In this document: positions 10,392 through 30,383 of the stretch, piece by piece | Layout of the letters: each line of letters opens with the position of its first letter | Numbering within the stretch: the stretch's first letter is position 1 | Source of the DNA: Piromyces finnis finn | Taxonomy: Eukaryota > Fungi > Neocallimastigomycota | Assembly: GCA_002104945.1 (NCBI GenBank) | Contig: MCFH01000082.1 | Coordinates: forward strand, 120,886 to 184,885 | DNA: 64,000 nucleotides | Reading direction: 5' to 3' | Program-made: the position numbers and the translations under genes | The notes under the pieces: generated by a model | Seen by the model: only the letters and a program-made list of their open reading frames with translations | Told to the model about the DNA's origin: nothing | Databases searched by the model: none

Positions 10392-13300
10392 TTTGTTTTA
10401 AACTATTTAAATAATAAATCAATTATTATATAAATTATATTTTTGTTTTGGTTTGTTTTTATTGTTGTAGTTGTTTAACACTATTTTTTAAATATAAATT
10501 TATATAATTTTTATAGATTTAAAATATAATAATTAATAATCATTTTTCACAATAATTTTCATTTTTCTATTTTAATTTTTATATATTATTTTATTATGAT
10601 TCCATTAATTATTTCCCTTATATACACAAACTATAACATTTTTTTATATTATATTTTTTATTATTAATCTTCATCTTTCCTATCTATTATTTACTTTGAT
10701 ATCAATCTATTTAATTATATATTTTATTCAATTTAATCTATTTTACTTTATATTATTTACAAATTTAATAATATTCAACAATATTAACTATTAAAATCTT
10801 TTTTCTCTTTTATTATTAAATTAATACTAATTTTTCAATATATACCTTTTTTAAAATTGATAACCAGTATCAACGTATAATAACAATAAAATTTTTAAAA
10901 ATATAAAAATTTCCTTTTAAAATGAAGCGAAATTTGTAATTTATATAGTTTTTTTTATTCTTATATTTACCTATAAACAATACTTGCAATAAGTTACTTT
11001 AAGCCACAAATCTATAAAAATTTAAAATTCAAACACCTTAATTTAAAAAGAATAATAAATAAACTTTTTATGTATAAATAACCTTAAATATTATTATTTT
11101 GCTTTTTTTTTTTAAATTTTAATTAAAAAAAGTAAATAATAATAAATTTGAAACTTTATTTCTCTTTTAATACTTTATTTTAATTCATTATAGATTAAAT
11201 ATTAATTAAATCTTAGATTAAATATTAATTAAAGTTTTAATTCTAAAATTAATTTAATGAATAAAATAAATAAATTGCTAAAAATTCCTATTAAAAATTA
11301 AAAATGTAAGTAAATAAAATTAAAAATTAAATAAATAATTTTAATTGATTGACATGAAAAAAAAAAGATATTGATGAGCAATAACATACATTACCTTATC
11401 AAGACACAGGAATGAAGACGGCATCAAGATTAGGAACATTATTCTTTTATCCTAAAATACACATTGATAAAACAATCAAAAAAATGTTCCATTTTATTAT
11501 TATCTGGTTAATTAAATCAATAAATGATTCCAAATGGTTTCTTTTTAATGTATAATAAAAATGAATCATTCTATTACATAATATTAACCTATTTTTTAAT
11601 TTTTGGTTTACAAGGTTTTCTATTATTAGATCAAAATCCATACAAAATTAATCATATATTATCATTATGAATAATATATTAATATTAATATAGTTCATAT
11701 ATAATAATAATAAAGTATATTAGCTATATTATATATAACATTCATTTCTCATTTATTTAGGAATATTATTTTCTTTATAAATAATATTAAAACTTTATTT
11801 ATTATTAAATTTCGTGATCCATTTTAAATTAAAAATAATTAATTTTTTTTTTATTTTTGGGTTTGGGTGATGATATAAAAATAAAAATAGTGAAAAAGAA
11901 GAAAAAAATAAAAATTAACTATTATAAAAATTGTTAAGAAAAAGGAATTAACAATAGAATAATTTAAGAATATTTTTTATTAAATTTTTACTTTTTTTTT
12001 TTACCAAAAAAACTGTCTTTAAAAAAAAGAGTCTTTTTTCAATTTCTTATTCATGTGCTAAAATAAAAATAAAAAATGGTTTGTTCATTTAGAAATCAAC
12101 GGATGAACCGTAAAAGGAAAGTATCACAAGGCTTCATTCCAAACATTCGTATTTTTATTAAAAATATATTACAGTATATATAAAATGAATTGGTTGATGT
12201 ATTAAACTCAATTTATATTGGTTTTTAAATTTTGAATGTTCCTTTAATTCATTGGTTAAAGGGAAATAAAAAATTGAATGGTCCCATAAAATAAATAGAT
12301 AAATTATTAATAGAAACCAATACATTTTAATATATTAATATAATATATTTAGATAGAATAATTTTATTACTTTTTTTGATATTAAATTTTATGACTTTTT
12401 TATTACTATTATAGAAATTAAAATTTTTAAAAATTTTATTATTTAAATAAAATTAAATAAATAATATAATGGAATATATTATAATATATAATAAAATATA
12501 TTCTTAAATAGTTAGAAAGATCTTTTTAAAAAAAAATGTATACCTTTCTCTGATGAAAAAAGAAGAGGAAGAAAGGATCTGTCTTCTATTATAAAGAAAG
12601 AGTGAAAAGGCAACTTTTTTATTATTATTTGCTATTACTTGCTATTCATTACATTGTTTATTAAAAGATTAAGCATTTTTAAATTTATAAACTTTTATCA
12701 TTTCTTTAAAGTATAATTTAAATTTTTTTTATTATTAAATTTTATTATTAATGAATTATTATTAATCCCAACTATTCTTTATCTATTTTATTACCCACTT
12801 GTGTTGGCTCTTTTACCTAATATTGTCCTTATTTCTTTTACCACTATTCTTTTTTTTTGAGCATTTTACCTTTTGTTTTTAGGGTAGGAGGGCACATTCA
12901 TTTTCTTTAAAATATGATAAAAGGATCACATGATATATTTCTTAAATTTAAGTATAAATTGTGGCTTATTAAATAATTTTACTAACTTAAATTATTAATT
13001 CCTTAATTTATTTCTTCATTCATTTATTTATTCATTTTATATTAGTTATTTATTTAGTTAAATAGGTATTCATACATTTATTTCTTATTTCTGTATAATT
13101 TAATAAAAAATGACTTGGCAACAAAAAAAATAAAAAGAACATTTTTCATGATAAAAAGATAATTTTAAATTATTTATCAATAGGAATAAGAAAAAATATT
13201 ATTGATGTATGTATATGTTGTTGTTGATATTGTTGGTAGTTGTAATGATAGTAGTGTTGCTTTAAATTTGAAATATTTCATTTAAACAACTATTTTTTTT

Positions 13301-13420
13301 ATGAATAACAATAGGTAAAATGATTATTTTTGATTGTTGTTGTTGTTGTTGTTGTTACTGCTATTGTTATTGTTTTTTAATGGAATATACTTTTGGTTAA
13401 AAAAAAAAAAAAAAGGTTAA

Positions 13421-13536
13421 AATAAACTTTAAATCATCAAGAAGTAAACACTCAAATATTGAAATCATTATTATAATTTTATTTTTATTATTAGGATTCC
13501 AATATTTGAGTGTTTACTTCTAGATGATTTAAAGTT

Positions 13537-13540
<4 letters not shown>
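13421..13540. repeat. Inverted repeat, 46-bp arms with 28-nt spacer
   Basis: 13421-13466 is the reverse complement of 13495-13540 with 2 mismatches. Confidence 0.9.
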
Positions 13541-13879
<339 letters not shown>

Positions 13880-14614
13880 ATGGCACCTATTGAATAGGAC
13901 TCTTTATAATCTTTACATGTTATATTAAAATAAACCAGAAAAAAACATAAATAGTAAAAGTATTTTTAAGGATAATATTTATATAATAATATAAAAGAAT
14001 GACTTTTAATTTTTTTACAAAAAAAAAAGGTATTGCTTTTTATTTGTTTTATTTTATTTAAAACAATTATAATGAAAAAGAAAAAAAGAGAAAGGAATGA
14101 GATTCATATTATACGAGAATATAAAAAAAAAATACTAAAGAATTCACGTAAAGTGAAGTAATAGTTTGTTGTAATTCGTTTGAGTTATTAATAGAATTGA
14201 TAAAAAGATGCCTTATTTAATATAATTATTATAAAATGATTATTATTATTCATTCTTATTCATTCTTACCCACAACTGGACAGTAAAAAAATAATTTCAT
14301 ATAATACGAATTTATTTTTTGAGAAAAAAAAGTTTTACCATAAAATAAATAATAAATGATATTAAAAAAAAAAAAAAAAAAACTCTACATTTTTAATATT
14401 TTTAAATAATAATTTTTAATTAGCAAAAAAAACACTAAATAAATAAAATCGAAATATCCATATCTATATATTTATATATTATTATATTGTTTATTTTATC
14501 TTATATTTTGTAATTAAAATTTATAATAATGCATATATAATATCAATTTTTTTTTTAGAGGTTTCTTTTCCATAGATAAAAATTTTTATATATAAATTTA
14601 TTTTTAGATTAAAT

Positions 14615-15562
14615 TTACTTTTTGTCCTTAGAGTGACGTTCCCCAATTTGGAAATCTTTGGAATTAGCAAACATAAAACTTACTGAGATTTGGTCATCAC
14701 CTGTTAACTTTTTAAAGTCATCTGTAAATACAGAAAACTTTTCTAAACGAAGTGCTTTACCAAAGGAAACCATACCATCACTACAGAATGGAGCTTCACT
14801 ACCATCTTGGAATTTACCATTGGTAGTTCTTGGAATACCCATAGAATCAAATATTTTGTAATTCTCTTCATCTGATACTTCATGATAAGTAACATTATTT
14901 CCGGTTTCTTTATTTCCAATTTGAATAAATTCAGAGATGGTAAGAAGTTCCTTACCATTAATATTAAGAATGGCATGATCATAGTCCTTTGATTTATGAA
15001 GAGCATAGGCTAAAGCTTTTGCACAATCCTTTCTTGAAATAAAAGCCATATGACCATTACCCATATTGTTAGATAATGGTACCTTTAAATTAACAAAGGT
15101 GATATAATTGGATATCATGGCTTCAGCATATTGAGAATTACGTAAAAAGATGTAATCAAGACCAACACTCTTAATATAATTTTCGGTATAAATATGATCA
15201 AATCTTTCTATAGATGGATTTGATTCATCATCCGCATTGGCTAAGGAGGTATAAACAATTTTTTTTACTCCAACTTTTTTAGCAGCATCAACTACATTTT
15301 TATGAGCGGCTTGTCTTTTTTCACCAACAAATGGCATTGAAATAAGCGATATAATTTCCGCATTTTCAAAAGCTTTTTCTAAACCATCATAATAATTAAA
15401 ATCAATAATATGAGTTTCTATTCCCATATCAGCATATGGTTTTAAAGTGGCTTCATTTGTACAACAGAAAATTAAATTACTTTTATCTTCTAAAGTAAGA
15501 AGAACTTTAGCAGCTTCACTTCCAAGATTTCCACCAACACCAGCTAATAAAATTTTTCCCAT
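14615..15562 (-). CDS. NmrA-like / atypical SDR NAD(P)H-binding oxidoreductase (315 aa)
   Basis: ATG at 15562 gives MGKILLAGVGGNLGSEA (GxxGxxG Rossmann motif); KKIVYTSL, H...E.YIKSVGLDYIFLRNSQY and FISRKDCAKA are typical of the NmrA/QOR2-like family; intronless. Confidence 0.85.
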   Translation of the reverse strand: MGKILLAGVGGNLGSEAAKVLLTLEDKSNLIFCCTNEATLKPYADMGIETHIIDFNYYDGLEKAFENAEIISLISMPFVGEKRQAAHKNVVDAAKKVGVKKIVYTSLANADDESNPSIERFDHIYTENYIKSVGLDYIFLRNSQYAEAMISNYITFVNLKVPLSNNMGNGHMAFISRKDCAKALAYALHKSKDYDHAILNINGKELLTISEFIQIGNKETGNNVTYHEVSDEENYKIFDSMGIPRTTNGKFQDGSEAPFCSDGMVSFGKALRLEKFSVFTDDFKKLTGDDQISVSFMFANSKDFQIGERHSKDKK

Positions 15563-16821
15563 ATTGATATAAAAAAAATAATAATTTAAAATAAAAAAAA
15601 AAATAGTCAAAAAGCTAATTTAAGATTTTATAATGTTTTATTTTTACAAAATATCTTTTTTATTTTTATTTAATTTTATGTATGTGTTAGAATATGTGAA
15701 ACGTTATGTCACATGTATTCAAATGTATTGAAATGTATTAAAACGTATTTGTATATATTGTATTTGATTATATGTTTAAGCCACAATGTAAATGTATAAA
15801 TACATGTAGTTTGAGAAGAATGTAACGCAAGTAGTTCTTTATCATAAAATATATTAATAAAGTTGACATAATTATAAACCTAAATTAAACAACTCTTAAT
15901 AGATTAAGAGTCTCAAGACTCTCAAGAGAGAATCTCATTAATTCTCAAATGATTTTCTGAAAGATGAATCAAACCGCCGGATATGACATTTTGTCATAGG
16001 AGAAAACTGTAGGAAATTCTAACTATCAGAACTAAATTATTTAATCTGAAATTTTCTATGTTTGATAAAATTATCTTGAGATCTAAAATTTGAGATTTCA
16101 AAATTTTAAGATTGAAATATTATTTTCGCCATAAATAAAAGATTCGAAGTAACTTAATATAGAAAATAAGGAAATAATCAATCTGATAAATAAAACATAG
16201 AAAGTAGTATATTTTCTAATATGATATAAGTTAATCTACAATGATAGAATTCAAACATTAAATTTCCGAAAAACTAGTAAATTATTAAAATTTAAATTAT
16301 TTTGAATTCAATAAACTCAGAAAATATACAAATCAAATTAAATATAAATAAATAGCTTAAACCCCCAAGGAACAATACCTATATCACTATATTGATTTGA
16401 TAACTTTGTAGCTTAAAACAAATCGTCAATAGTAAACTACAAAAAGCTTTCAGTAAATTTAATATTCCTTGAATATAGACATAATATCAATAGTAACAAA
16501 ACTTCTATTCTCAAGAAGATATGATATAGTAGTATTAATATTAAGAATATAATATGTGAAATTTGAATAAATAAGTTCCTTAAGCTTAGATTATTTATCA
16601 GGATAATTTTAAAATTTATGTAACAAAAAGAATATTTCCTAGCATTCCATATTAATTCTATAATAAAGCAAAATTTTATAAAGATCTCTACATCCATTAT
16701 CTAAAGAAAGGATATGAGAACACAATTATGAAAATTAGTATTTATCAATTATGATATATATTGAAAATTGTAATATGTAATATCTCCGATAAGGATCTTA
16801 ACACTGATGAAATTAGAAATC

Positions 16822-17588
16822 CTATATGGTTTATATTTCCTTAAGAAGCGTGATTACAGAAAGATTTTAATTCCACTCCTTATGAAGAGTGATGTTATGA
16901 CCAAGACAGCTCAATTATCTGATATTGATGAAGAATTATACATGGTTTCTAAAGTTAATGATGATCCAGAACCAAAATGTTAGTGAACAACCAATGAGTA
17001 CTTTCTATAGAGGTGAATGGTTCAGTGAACCAGAAAAGTAATTATTAGCCAGAGATGCTAGTTATTCAATTTGTTTCAAAAAGAAAGCTGGTGCTCACTG
17101 CAAAAAATACTTAGGGTCTTTTCCAGCATTAACTAATTCGAAAAGATTGAGCAATCCATTTTTGTCAATCAGAAAAGAGCTGGGAAGAATTAGAACAATT
17201 AATTAGTACTACTGAAGATTTCTACCAATCTCTTAAACTTCCATATCACGTTATTGCCATTGTTTCTGATGTCATAAACAATGCTGCTACTAAGAAACAC
17301 GATCTTTAAGCTTATTTTCCATTCCAACCTGAATACAAGGAATTAGATAGTTGTCGTAACTATACTGATTACCAATCTAGAAACTTAGGTAACATGTTTG
17401 GTGTTAAGAAGATGAACTCCCATGTTAAGAACTACGTTCACTTATTAAACGGTACTCTTTGTGCTAACGGACGTACTTTTTGCTGTACTCTCGAAAACTA
17501 TCAAACCGAAAATGTTTTAATTGTTCCAGAACTATTAAGACCATATATAGATGTTGTTAAATTTATTTGTCAAAGAACTCACTTCTGA
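16822..17588 (+). pseudogene. SES1: Intronless, decayed cytosolic seryl-tRNA synthetase catalytic-core fragment inside the LTR element
   Basis: Translations KTAQLSDIDEELY, SEQPMS...GEWF, FEKIEQ, EDFYQSLKLPY, NNAATKKHDL, YKELDSCRNYTDYQSRNL, YVHLLNGTLCA, LENYQTE match class II SerRS motifs; contains stops and frameshifts. Confidence 0.9.
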
Positions 17589-19551
17589 CAAGAAAATAGT
17601 TAAAATATAATTTAGGAAAATATAAAGTTTATTATATAGCATGAAGATTATTCAACTTGATATTGATCTACTCATTATGTCAATTTGCATACAATAACAT
17701 TAAATATCCATATATCCAGTTATTAAAATATCCATTCACAAATATTCATGAACACATAATTACATATATTTACCAATATTTCATCTTATTTTCAAAAGAA
17801 CTAGTTTTATTAACATTCATAAAATAGCATTAGTGTTATTGAAAGCATAGCATACATATTTATTTCAAGTAAATAAATTGTTTGTGAAATATTCAAATAC
17901 TTTAACTACTACTATTTTAATGAGAAAATATTCTTTCCGCCATAGAGGAAAGATAGAACATAAAGAAAATACATAAAATTTATACAATTAGAAACATGAA
18001 TTAGAATAATTAAACATTATTTGATAAGTTTGTATAAAATATCCTATTGTAATGAAATTATGCAATGAACATTGAAACTATCCTTGTGAAAATGTCAATC
18101 AATTTCTTTATGATAATTTCACTCAAATCAGTATTATATAATTTAATCCAGTATACTACTCTTTGAATTAAATCATTATAACAATACTTTAAGATAATAT
18201 TTAGCCTCAAAAGCATTATTTAAATTATTGCTACCTATAAAGCAAATATATTACTGGTCAAATGCTCATCCCGTAGGCTGTTATTGCTAATATACATAGC
18301 AAATATTTCAAATGAGGTAATTTATTAAAGTTAGAAATGCTTAGCGTGAAATGAGCATATTCTACATATATATATACTTTGAATAACCTAGCGTGAAATG
18401 GGTATATTCAATAATATTTTAACAACTTATCATGATTTAGCTTAGCGTGAAATGAGTTATATTCATAGATAATTATTAATGATGGTTTTAGACCTATATA
18501 TATTTAATTTGGTCCCATCAATAACAATGTAGCACCTTCATAGTAAGGGCTCCTTAGATTTAGATGACATTGATTCATCATATTTATTTATTACCAACAT
18601 TCAAGAATGTTGTGACGCCGTTTTAAAATATAATTTACGGTGATTTAGTAACCTCATATATAAATCGCCACTTTCAACGTAGTGAGTGATCGCCGACCAA
18701 TTAGCTGACATTCTAATTAACCGAGCCGACTTCGATATAATTTAGAAGAACTTTATTCTCTTCAATAATCGATATTTTAAATGTCATTATCTTACAATAT
18801 TAACTTGTTATAATTTTACTGGTATATCTACTTATTTTAATTTGAAGTAAAGAAATACATAATTGAGGAATATTTTATTCATTAGTTTGATATTCTATGA
18901 TTATCACTACATTAAAATATATTATCATGAAAATATTATTTCACTATATTTTAAAGGATAAGCAATTGAGAAAAATGAATGAAAACATTAGAATATGTTA
19001 TTTATTATTTATATAGGTATTAATACTTATCGTATATGTTATGGAAAATTATTCATTATTATGAAAATTTGATGCAAAATGAATGAAATTTTATGAAATT
19101 TAAATTTCTTTTTTTCAAATCTAAGTATTTATTACTAAACATCTAGATTTGAGGGGGAAGTAGTGAATATACGAAATTTAAAATTCAAGATAATAATTTT
19201 TGTTTCTAGTTAAACATTGGAAATAACTAAAACATTGCATAGAAACTAAGGCTTAATAAATAGAATGAATTGAAATTCAAATTGTAAAAATTTATAAGAT
19301 TCAATATGTAAAAATGAAAAGAACAAAATTTCAAATACAAAGTAAAATATTCTTAAATATTATAAGAATAATTAATCAATACAAAAGGCATAAAAGGAAG
19401 GAAAAACACCTAAAAGAAAATATTAAAATTCAATATACATAAACTAAATAACTATTAAGAATTTAATTAAAATTTTACCATTATTAATTAGTATTTACAA
19501 ATAGATTGAAATACAATTATGCTAATATTCTAAAGAAAATTGTAATTATAA

Positions 19552-19855
19552 GGACATAAAACCAGAGAGTTATCCATAGGTTGTCCGAAGAACGTAAAAC
19601 CAAGAAGATTAACCATAGGTTGTTAAGAGAACGTAAAACCAAAAAGAGTTATCCATATGTGTTGTCATAAGGACGTAAAATCAAAGGTTAACCATGAGTT
19701 GTTAAGAAAACGTAAAACCAAAGAGGTAAACCATGCGTTGTCATAAGGACGTAAAATCAAAGAGATAAACCATGTGTTGTCTATAATTCTGTGTAAATCT
19801 CAGAGAGATTACCAATATAGTTTATAGGATAATGTAAAACCGGAAGGGTTTTCAA
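19552..19855 (+). repeat. Degenerate ~39-bp minisatellite (about 7-8 units) in the 3' internal region of the LTR element
   Basis: Recurring ACGTAAAA(C/T)CAAA..G.TAACCAT..GTTGT units, contiguous with no unique spacers. Confidence 0.75.
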
Positions 19856-21613
19856 TCCTTAATGGATGGTATAACAATTTATGAATATCCAATCCAAATT
19901 TTAAACTTTAATACTACCCAATTATACAAAGGTTTTCAGTTTATCCATAAAAACGAAGTTATAGGGTAATATTTAAATTCTTTAAAGCAATTAGTGAATA
20001 ATATATGTGAAATATTTTAAATTCCAATTAATGAAATATAAAAATTTTAAACATTAGATTTAGTTTATAGTTAATAGTTTAGAAATAATAAAATGCACAT
20101 ATTCACCAGCAAACCAAATTTTGCTTAGTAGAAAATTAGGTTTGAGGGGGAATGTTAGAATATGTGAAACGTTATGTCACATGTATTCAAATGTATTGAA
20201 ATGTATTAAAACGTATTTGTATATATTGTATTTGATTATATGTTTAAGCCACAATGTAAATGTATAAATACATGTAGTTTGAGAAGAATGTAACACAAGT
20301 AGTTCTTTATCATAAAATATATTAATAAAGTTGACATAATTATAAACCTAAATTAAACAACTCTTAATAGTATGAAAAATATTTTAAATTTATTTTTTAA
20401 AAAAAATAAGTTTAGATAAATTAAGGTTTATTCATCATCTCATTTTCCTTATTTTTTTTTTATACTTTAAATAATTGATAATTAAAAAAAATAATCTCCA
20501 AATTAATTCTATATAATTATGAAATGAAATATGAAATACTTTTCTTTTTATATTCTAAATGTGTTTATATTTTATTTTATTTTATTTTCACTTTTAAAAA
20601 TTACAATAAAATAAAACAATAATTTAATAAATAATGACAATTAATAAAATAGATATATATAAAAAAACATAGGTTAAATATCAATACTATATAAGGAGTT
20701 AAACAATTAAGAAAGGATTATAAAGAATTGATTTTCATATTATTGAATTGCTTAATTATACCATTTAAGAATTTAAATTATAATTATTTATATAATTGTG
20801 GAGAAAAAAAAATTTAAAAAATTTAAAGACTATCTTTTATATATTTTTAGATTTTTAAATATATTACTTTTTTTTTTTTTTCTTGTACTAGAGTTTGGTT
20901 GACTTTTATATTATGTTCTCGTATTTAGTATTAATAAATTTATATATATCAATATATTTTTAATGCTTTTAATATTTTTATATGAAAAATATATTATTTA
21001 AAGTGAAAAGAAAAAAAACTTTATTTCAAAACAAAGATAAAAAGGAAAGTTCTTTATATCCCCCTTATTAATATTCTTAAAGTTGAATAAAAAAAATTTT
21101 TTTTCCTTCTTTTATATAATAAAAATTTATTAATAGATTACTCTTTAAATATATATATATACTATAATACTACTATTTAAATTTATAAATATTACAGATA
21201 TGATATAGTTATATATATATATATTTAATAGCCATATCTGTAATATTCTTAATTTTTATAAGATATTGTAATTTTTTATTTTTTCAAACTTTTATATCTA
21301 TTAAATACTCTTTCCATAATTTACTCTTTTTCTACAATAAAAAATTATACAGATTGAATGAATTTTAAAAAAAAAAGTTTACAAATAGAAAAATTATTTT
21401 TCTTTTACATGTTTATAATAAATATATATACATATATATAATCCTTATTTTTATTTGTATATTTAAAACTTGTGTCTTTAATATATATTTTTTTCAAATA
21501 AATGAATAGTTTCTTTTCTTTAGTCTATCCTTTTATAGTGAAAGGTGAAAAGTAAAAGTCATTTCTTTATCAAATCTATTGTTAATTATAAAGATCAGAA
21601 AACTTAATTAGCC

Positions 21614-21782
<169 letters not shown>

Positions 21783-21869
21783 TATATAATTTTTTTTTAT
21801 TTTAATACTTTTTATTGTTAAAAAATATAAATAACGAAAATTATACTAATAATAACAATAAATAATATT

Positions 21870-23267
21870 AACAAGCCTAATGTAATGGTGTTAATCCATA
21901 ATTATTTATAATATCAATTTCCATTCCTTCATTTTCAATCAAGTATTTAGCAATACTAATATTATCATTTTTAGCTTTGCACGCATAATATAATGATAAT
22001 TTTATAGTTATATCTGCTCCTTTTTCAATTAAAAATCTTGCTATCTTTTCATTCCCTTGTTACAAGCAAAATGTAACATTGTACATCCTATTATTAACAT
22101 ATAATTTTATTTTTCCAATTATATTTTTGAAAAAAGCATTAATTTCTGCTTGAAACTGATTTGAAAAAGGAAAATCTATTTCTTCATTATACCCTTTAAT
22201 ATTTATTTTTTGTAAATTGCTTCATTAAATGCTAAATGACAGTATATCCTGCCCATCCTTATTTTGAATATTAAATTTTAAATTCGTTTCTCCAAGTAAA
22301 TATGTAACAATATTGACATTTTCTTTTTGTGCTTGCTATGCAATATATAATGGTGTCTTACTATCATTACTTTTTAGTTTCATATTTATTCCTTTTGTAA
22401 TTAAATACTTTACTACATTTTCATTTCCTTTGTTACATTCATAATGTAATAATGACCGTCCTTCGTTATTTTGTATATTTATATTCATATTATCTTTTTC
22501 AATAATGTTATATTGTTCTTTTTTATTTTTCAATGAATGAATCGTTGATATTACTTCAGAGAGATCGATATTATCTTTTACTTACATATCTTTATTATTA
22601 ATATTTGCATCATTATCAATTAAATAATTTGTAGTATTTTCATTATTTTTTCGACCTGTAATGGTGTATCACCATTATTATTGTTTATCTTTATATAGAC
22701 ATCATTGCTAATTAGGTATTTTACTATATTTATATTTTCAATTGTATATGCAATATGTAATAGTGAATTATCATCATCATTGTTTCTATTTATGTAGGCA
22801 CCATTATCAATTAAATACTTTACAATATTTTCATATCCTTTTTAATAAGCATAATGTAATGGAGTCCATTTATTATCATCTTGATAATTGACATCTATAT
22901 ATCTCTTTCTATTATCAATTAAATATTTAACTATATTTACATTTTTTTTCTGCCTGGCATGTAAAATATCAGGGTGTACATTCGTCCTTATTTTGAATAT
23001 TAACATCAGCACCTTTATCAATTAAATATCTCACAATATTTTCACTTCCTCTTTTACATTCATAATGTAAAAGAGTATAGCTATTGTTATCTTTCCCATT
23101 TATATCTTTTTTTAATTCTTCAATATTGTGTTTAATCGGTAATATATCATCATCATCATCGAAAGAAAATCTATCAGAAAAAAGAATATTATTATTTATT
23201 GATTCATTAGTAGCATTAAAATAAATGGTATTTAATTATCTATGCCATCTGAATCATTAACACTCAT
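21870..23267 (-). pseudogene. Ankyrin-repeat pseudogene
   Basis: Fragments DINGKDNNSYTLLHYECKRGSENIVRYLIDKGADVNIQNKDECTP*, GRSLLHYECNKGNENVVKYLI and GNEKIARFLIEKGADI, interrupted by stops and frameshifts. Confidence 0.8.
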
Positions 23268-24029
23268 ATCTAAATAACGGCTTTAAAAAAAAATAAACGA
23301 ATTAATTATTAAAATATATAAATTAAGAATAATTAATAATAATTCATATATAATTAAATAAAACTTTTGTATGTTTGTTTAGATTTATATTAACTACACA
23401 CTTTTATAATATTATAATTTCAAAGGATTAATTATAAATTTAATTGTACATTACAATATAAAAAAATAAAAATAAAAATAAAAAATAATAAAATATTTTA
23501 TTTAATGTTATTATTATTTTTTTTTTAATCAAAACTTATTCATAAACATTATATAAAATTATATAATTTTTTATTTCTACTATACCTATTCATTGTATAT
23601 TTTATAAAACTATTTATTATTTTTTTTTTTTTTATTTTTCTTTTTTTTGTTTATTAGTTTTAAATTCATATTATTTTTTGAAATTGTAAAATGTATAAAA
23701 ACATAATATTTATAGCAAAAAAAAAAAATAAAAATAAAAATAAAAATAAAAATAAAATAAAATAATAATAGTTAAAAGTTTATTTAAATAGCTATGAAAC
23801 AACACTATCACCACTATTATTGTTGTTGCTGCTGTTGCAATTAGATTAAAAATAAAATTTTTAAAAAAATATTTATTTATTTATATTCATCTATATATAA
23901 TTTTATATAATATAATTTTATTATTTACATTTATTGTTGTAATATAAATATTTCTCGTTTTTTGTTTTTTGTTTTTTTATAGTAATGATGTTGTTGATTG
24001 TCATTTAAATAACATTTTTCTTTTCCTCT

Positions 24030-29242
<5,213 letters not shown>

Positions 29243-29424
29243 TATTTTTTAGAAAAAAAAATAATATAAAAAGTTTAATATGAATAAAACAATTTATAAT
29301 TTTATGATTATTGAATAATTTTTATTTTAATATTACTATTACTACAAATTTATATTACTCAATTTTCAATTAATGTAAATATATTTATATTACATATAAA
29401 TATTATAGATATTATAGATATATA

Positions 29425-29457
<33 letters not shown>

Positions 29458-30340
29458 TTATTTATTTTTCTTTTATCTTCGAAATTTTAAAGTAGCCAAA
29501 TTCACTTTTTTTCTCTCTTTATTTCTTCTCTTTCTTTATTAAATCTTTATTCAATTCTAATAAAAAAAAATATTTTTATTTATTTATTTAATTTCACCTA
29601 AAAAAAAAAAAAGAAAAAAAGTATAGGCAGAGGTTTTCTTTTTAATTTTAAATTATAAAAAATTTTATTAATTTGGGGTACATTTTGAAATAAAAAAAAA
29701 TTCATTAAAAGCATTTTCTTTCTTTTTATAAAAAAAAAAAAAAAAAAAAAAAAAGAATTAACATTATAATTAAATATCTTTTATATATAAAAGGATACAA
29801 AATATAATAGAAATAACAACTCTATTTCTAAAAAATACTTTAAAAAGTATTTATTTTTTATTTTTATTTAAATAATATGAAAAAAAAAAAAAGAATTATT
29901 TTTTTTTAGACTTTATAAGTTTATATCATATAGTACCTATTGATACTGAAAATATTAATAGAATAAATAATATATATATATATAACACAAGAATATAACT
30001 ATAAGATAAAATATAAAAATTATGTCAAGTTACCCTCTAATAATTTGAATTTTGCTATTTGTATTGTGGATGGAATTAGTTCCCTTTCTAATAAATTAAA
30101 TGAAATAAAACAGAAAAGTAATATCAGGTAGAATAATGTGGTGTTCGTTAAAAATTCTATCATATGTGTCATACTGGTATAACATCGAAACTTATCAAAA
30201 AGTAGGTTCATAGAATAGGGATTTGCTTTTTTAGTAAGGAAAGTTGTAAGATCCTTTTATCCAAAGAACATAAGACTCCAACTCCAATGAACTGTAAATT
30301 TGTTCATTCTAATATTTTTTGTTCCGTCATATTGATTTGC

Positions 30341-30383
<43 letters not shown>

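Larger units (their letters stand above)
15685..20369 (+). mobile_element. Non-autonomous Copia-like LTR element with 217-bp LTRs and a 5-bp TSD
   Basis: LTRs 15685-15901 and 20153-20369 differ at 1 position by eye; TSD GTATG at 15680-15684 and 20370-20374; PPT GAGGGGGAA before the 3' LTR; RNase H remnant ADQLADIL at 18692-18715; no long ORF. Confidence 0.88.

Noticed and set aside
11381-11460. Possible isolated minus-strand exon (AG...GTAATG)
   Set aside because: No neighbouring exons or meaningful translation found.
19552-19855. CRISPR-like appearance of the ~39-bp repeats
   Set aside because: Units are contiguous and degenerate with no unique spacers, no cas genes are present, and the context is a eukaryotic retroelement.
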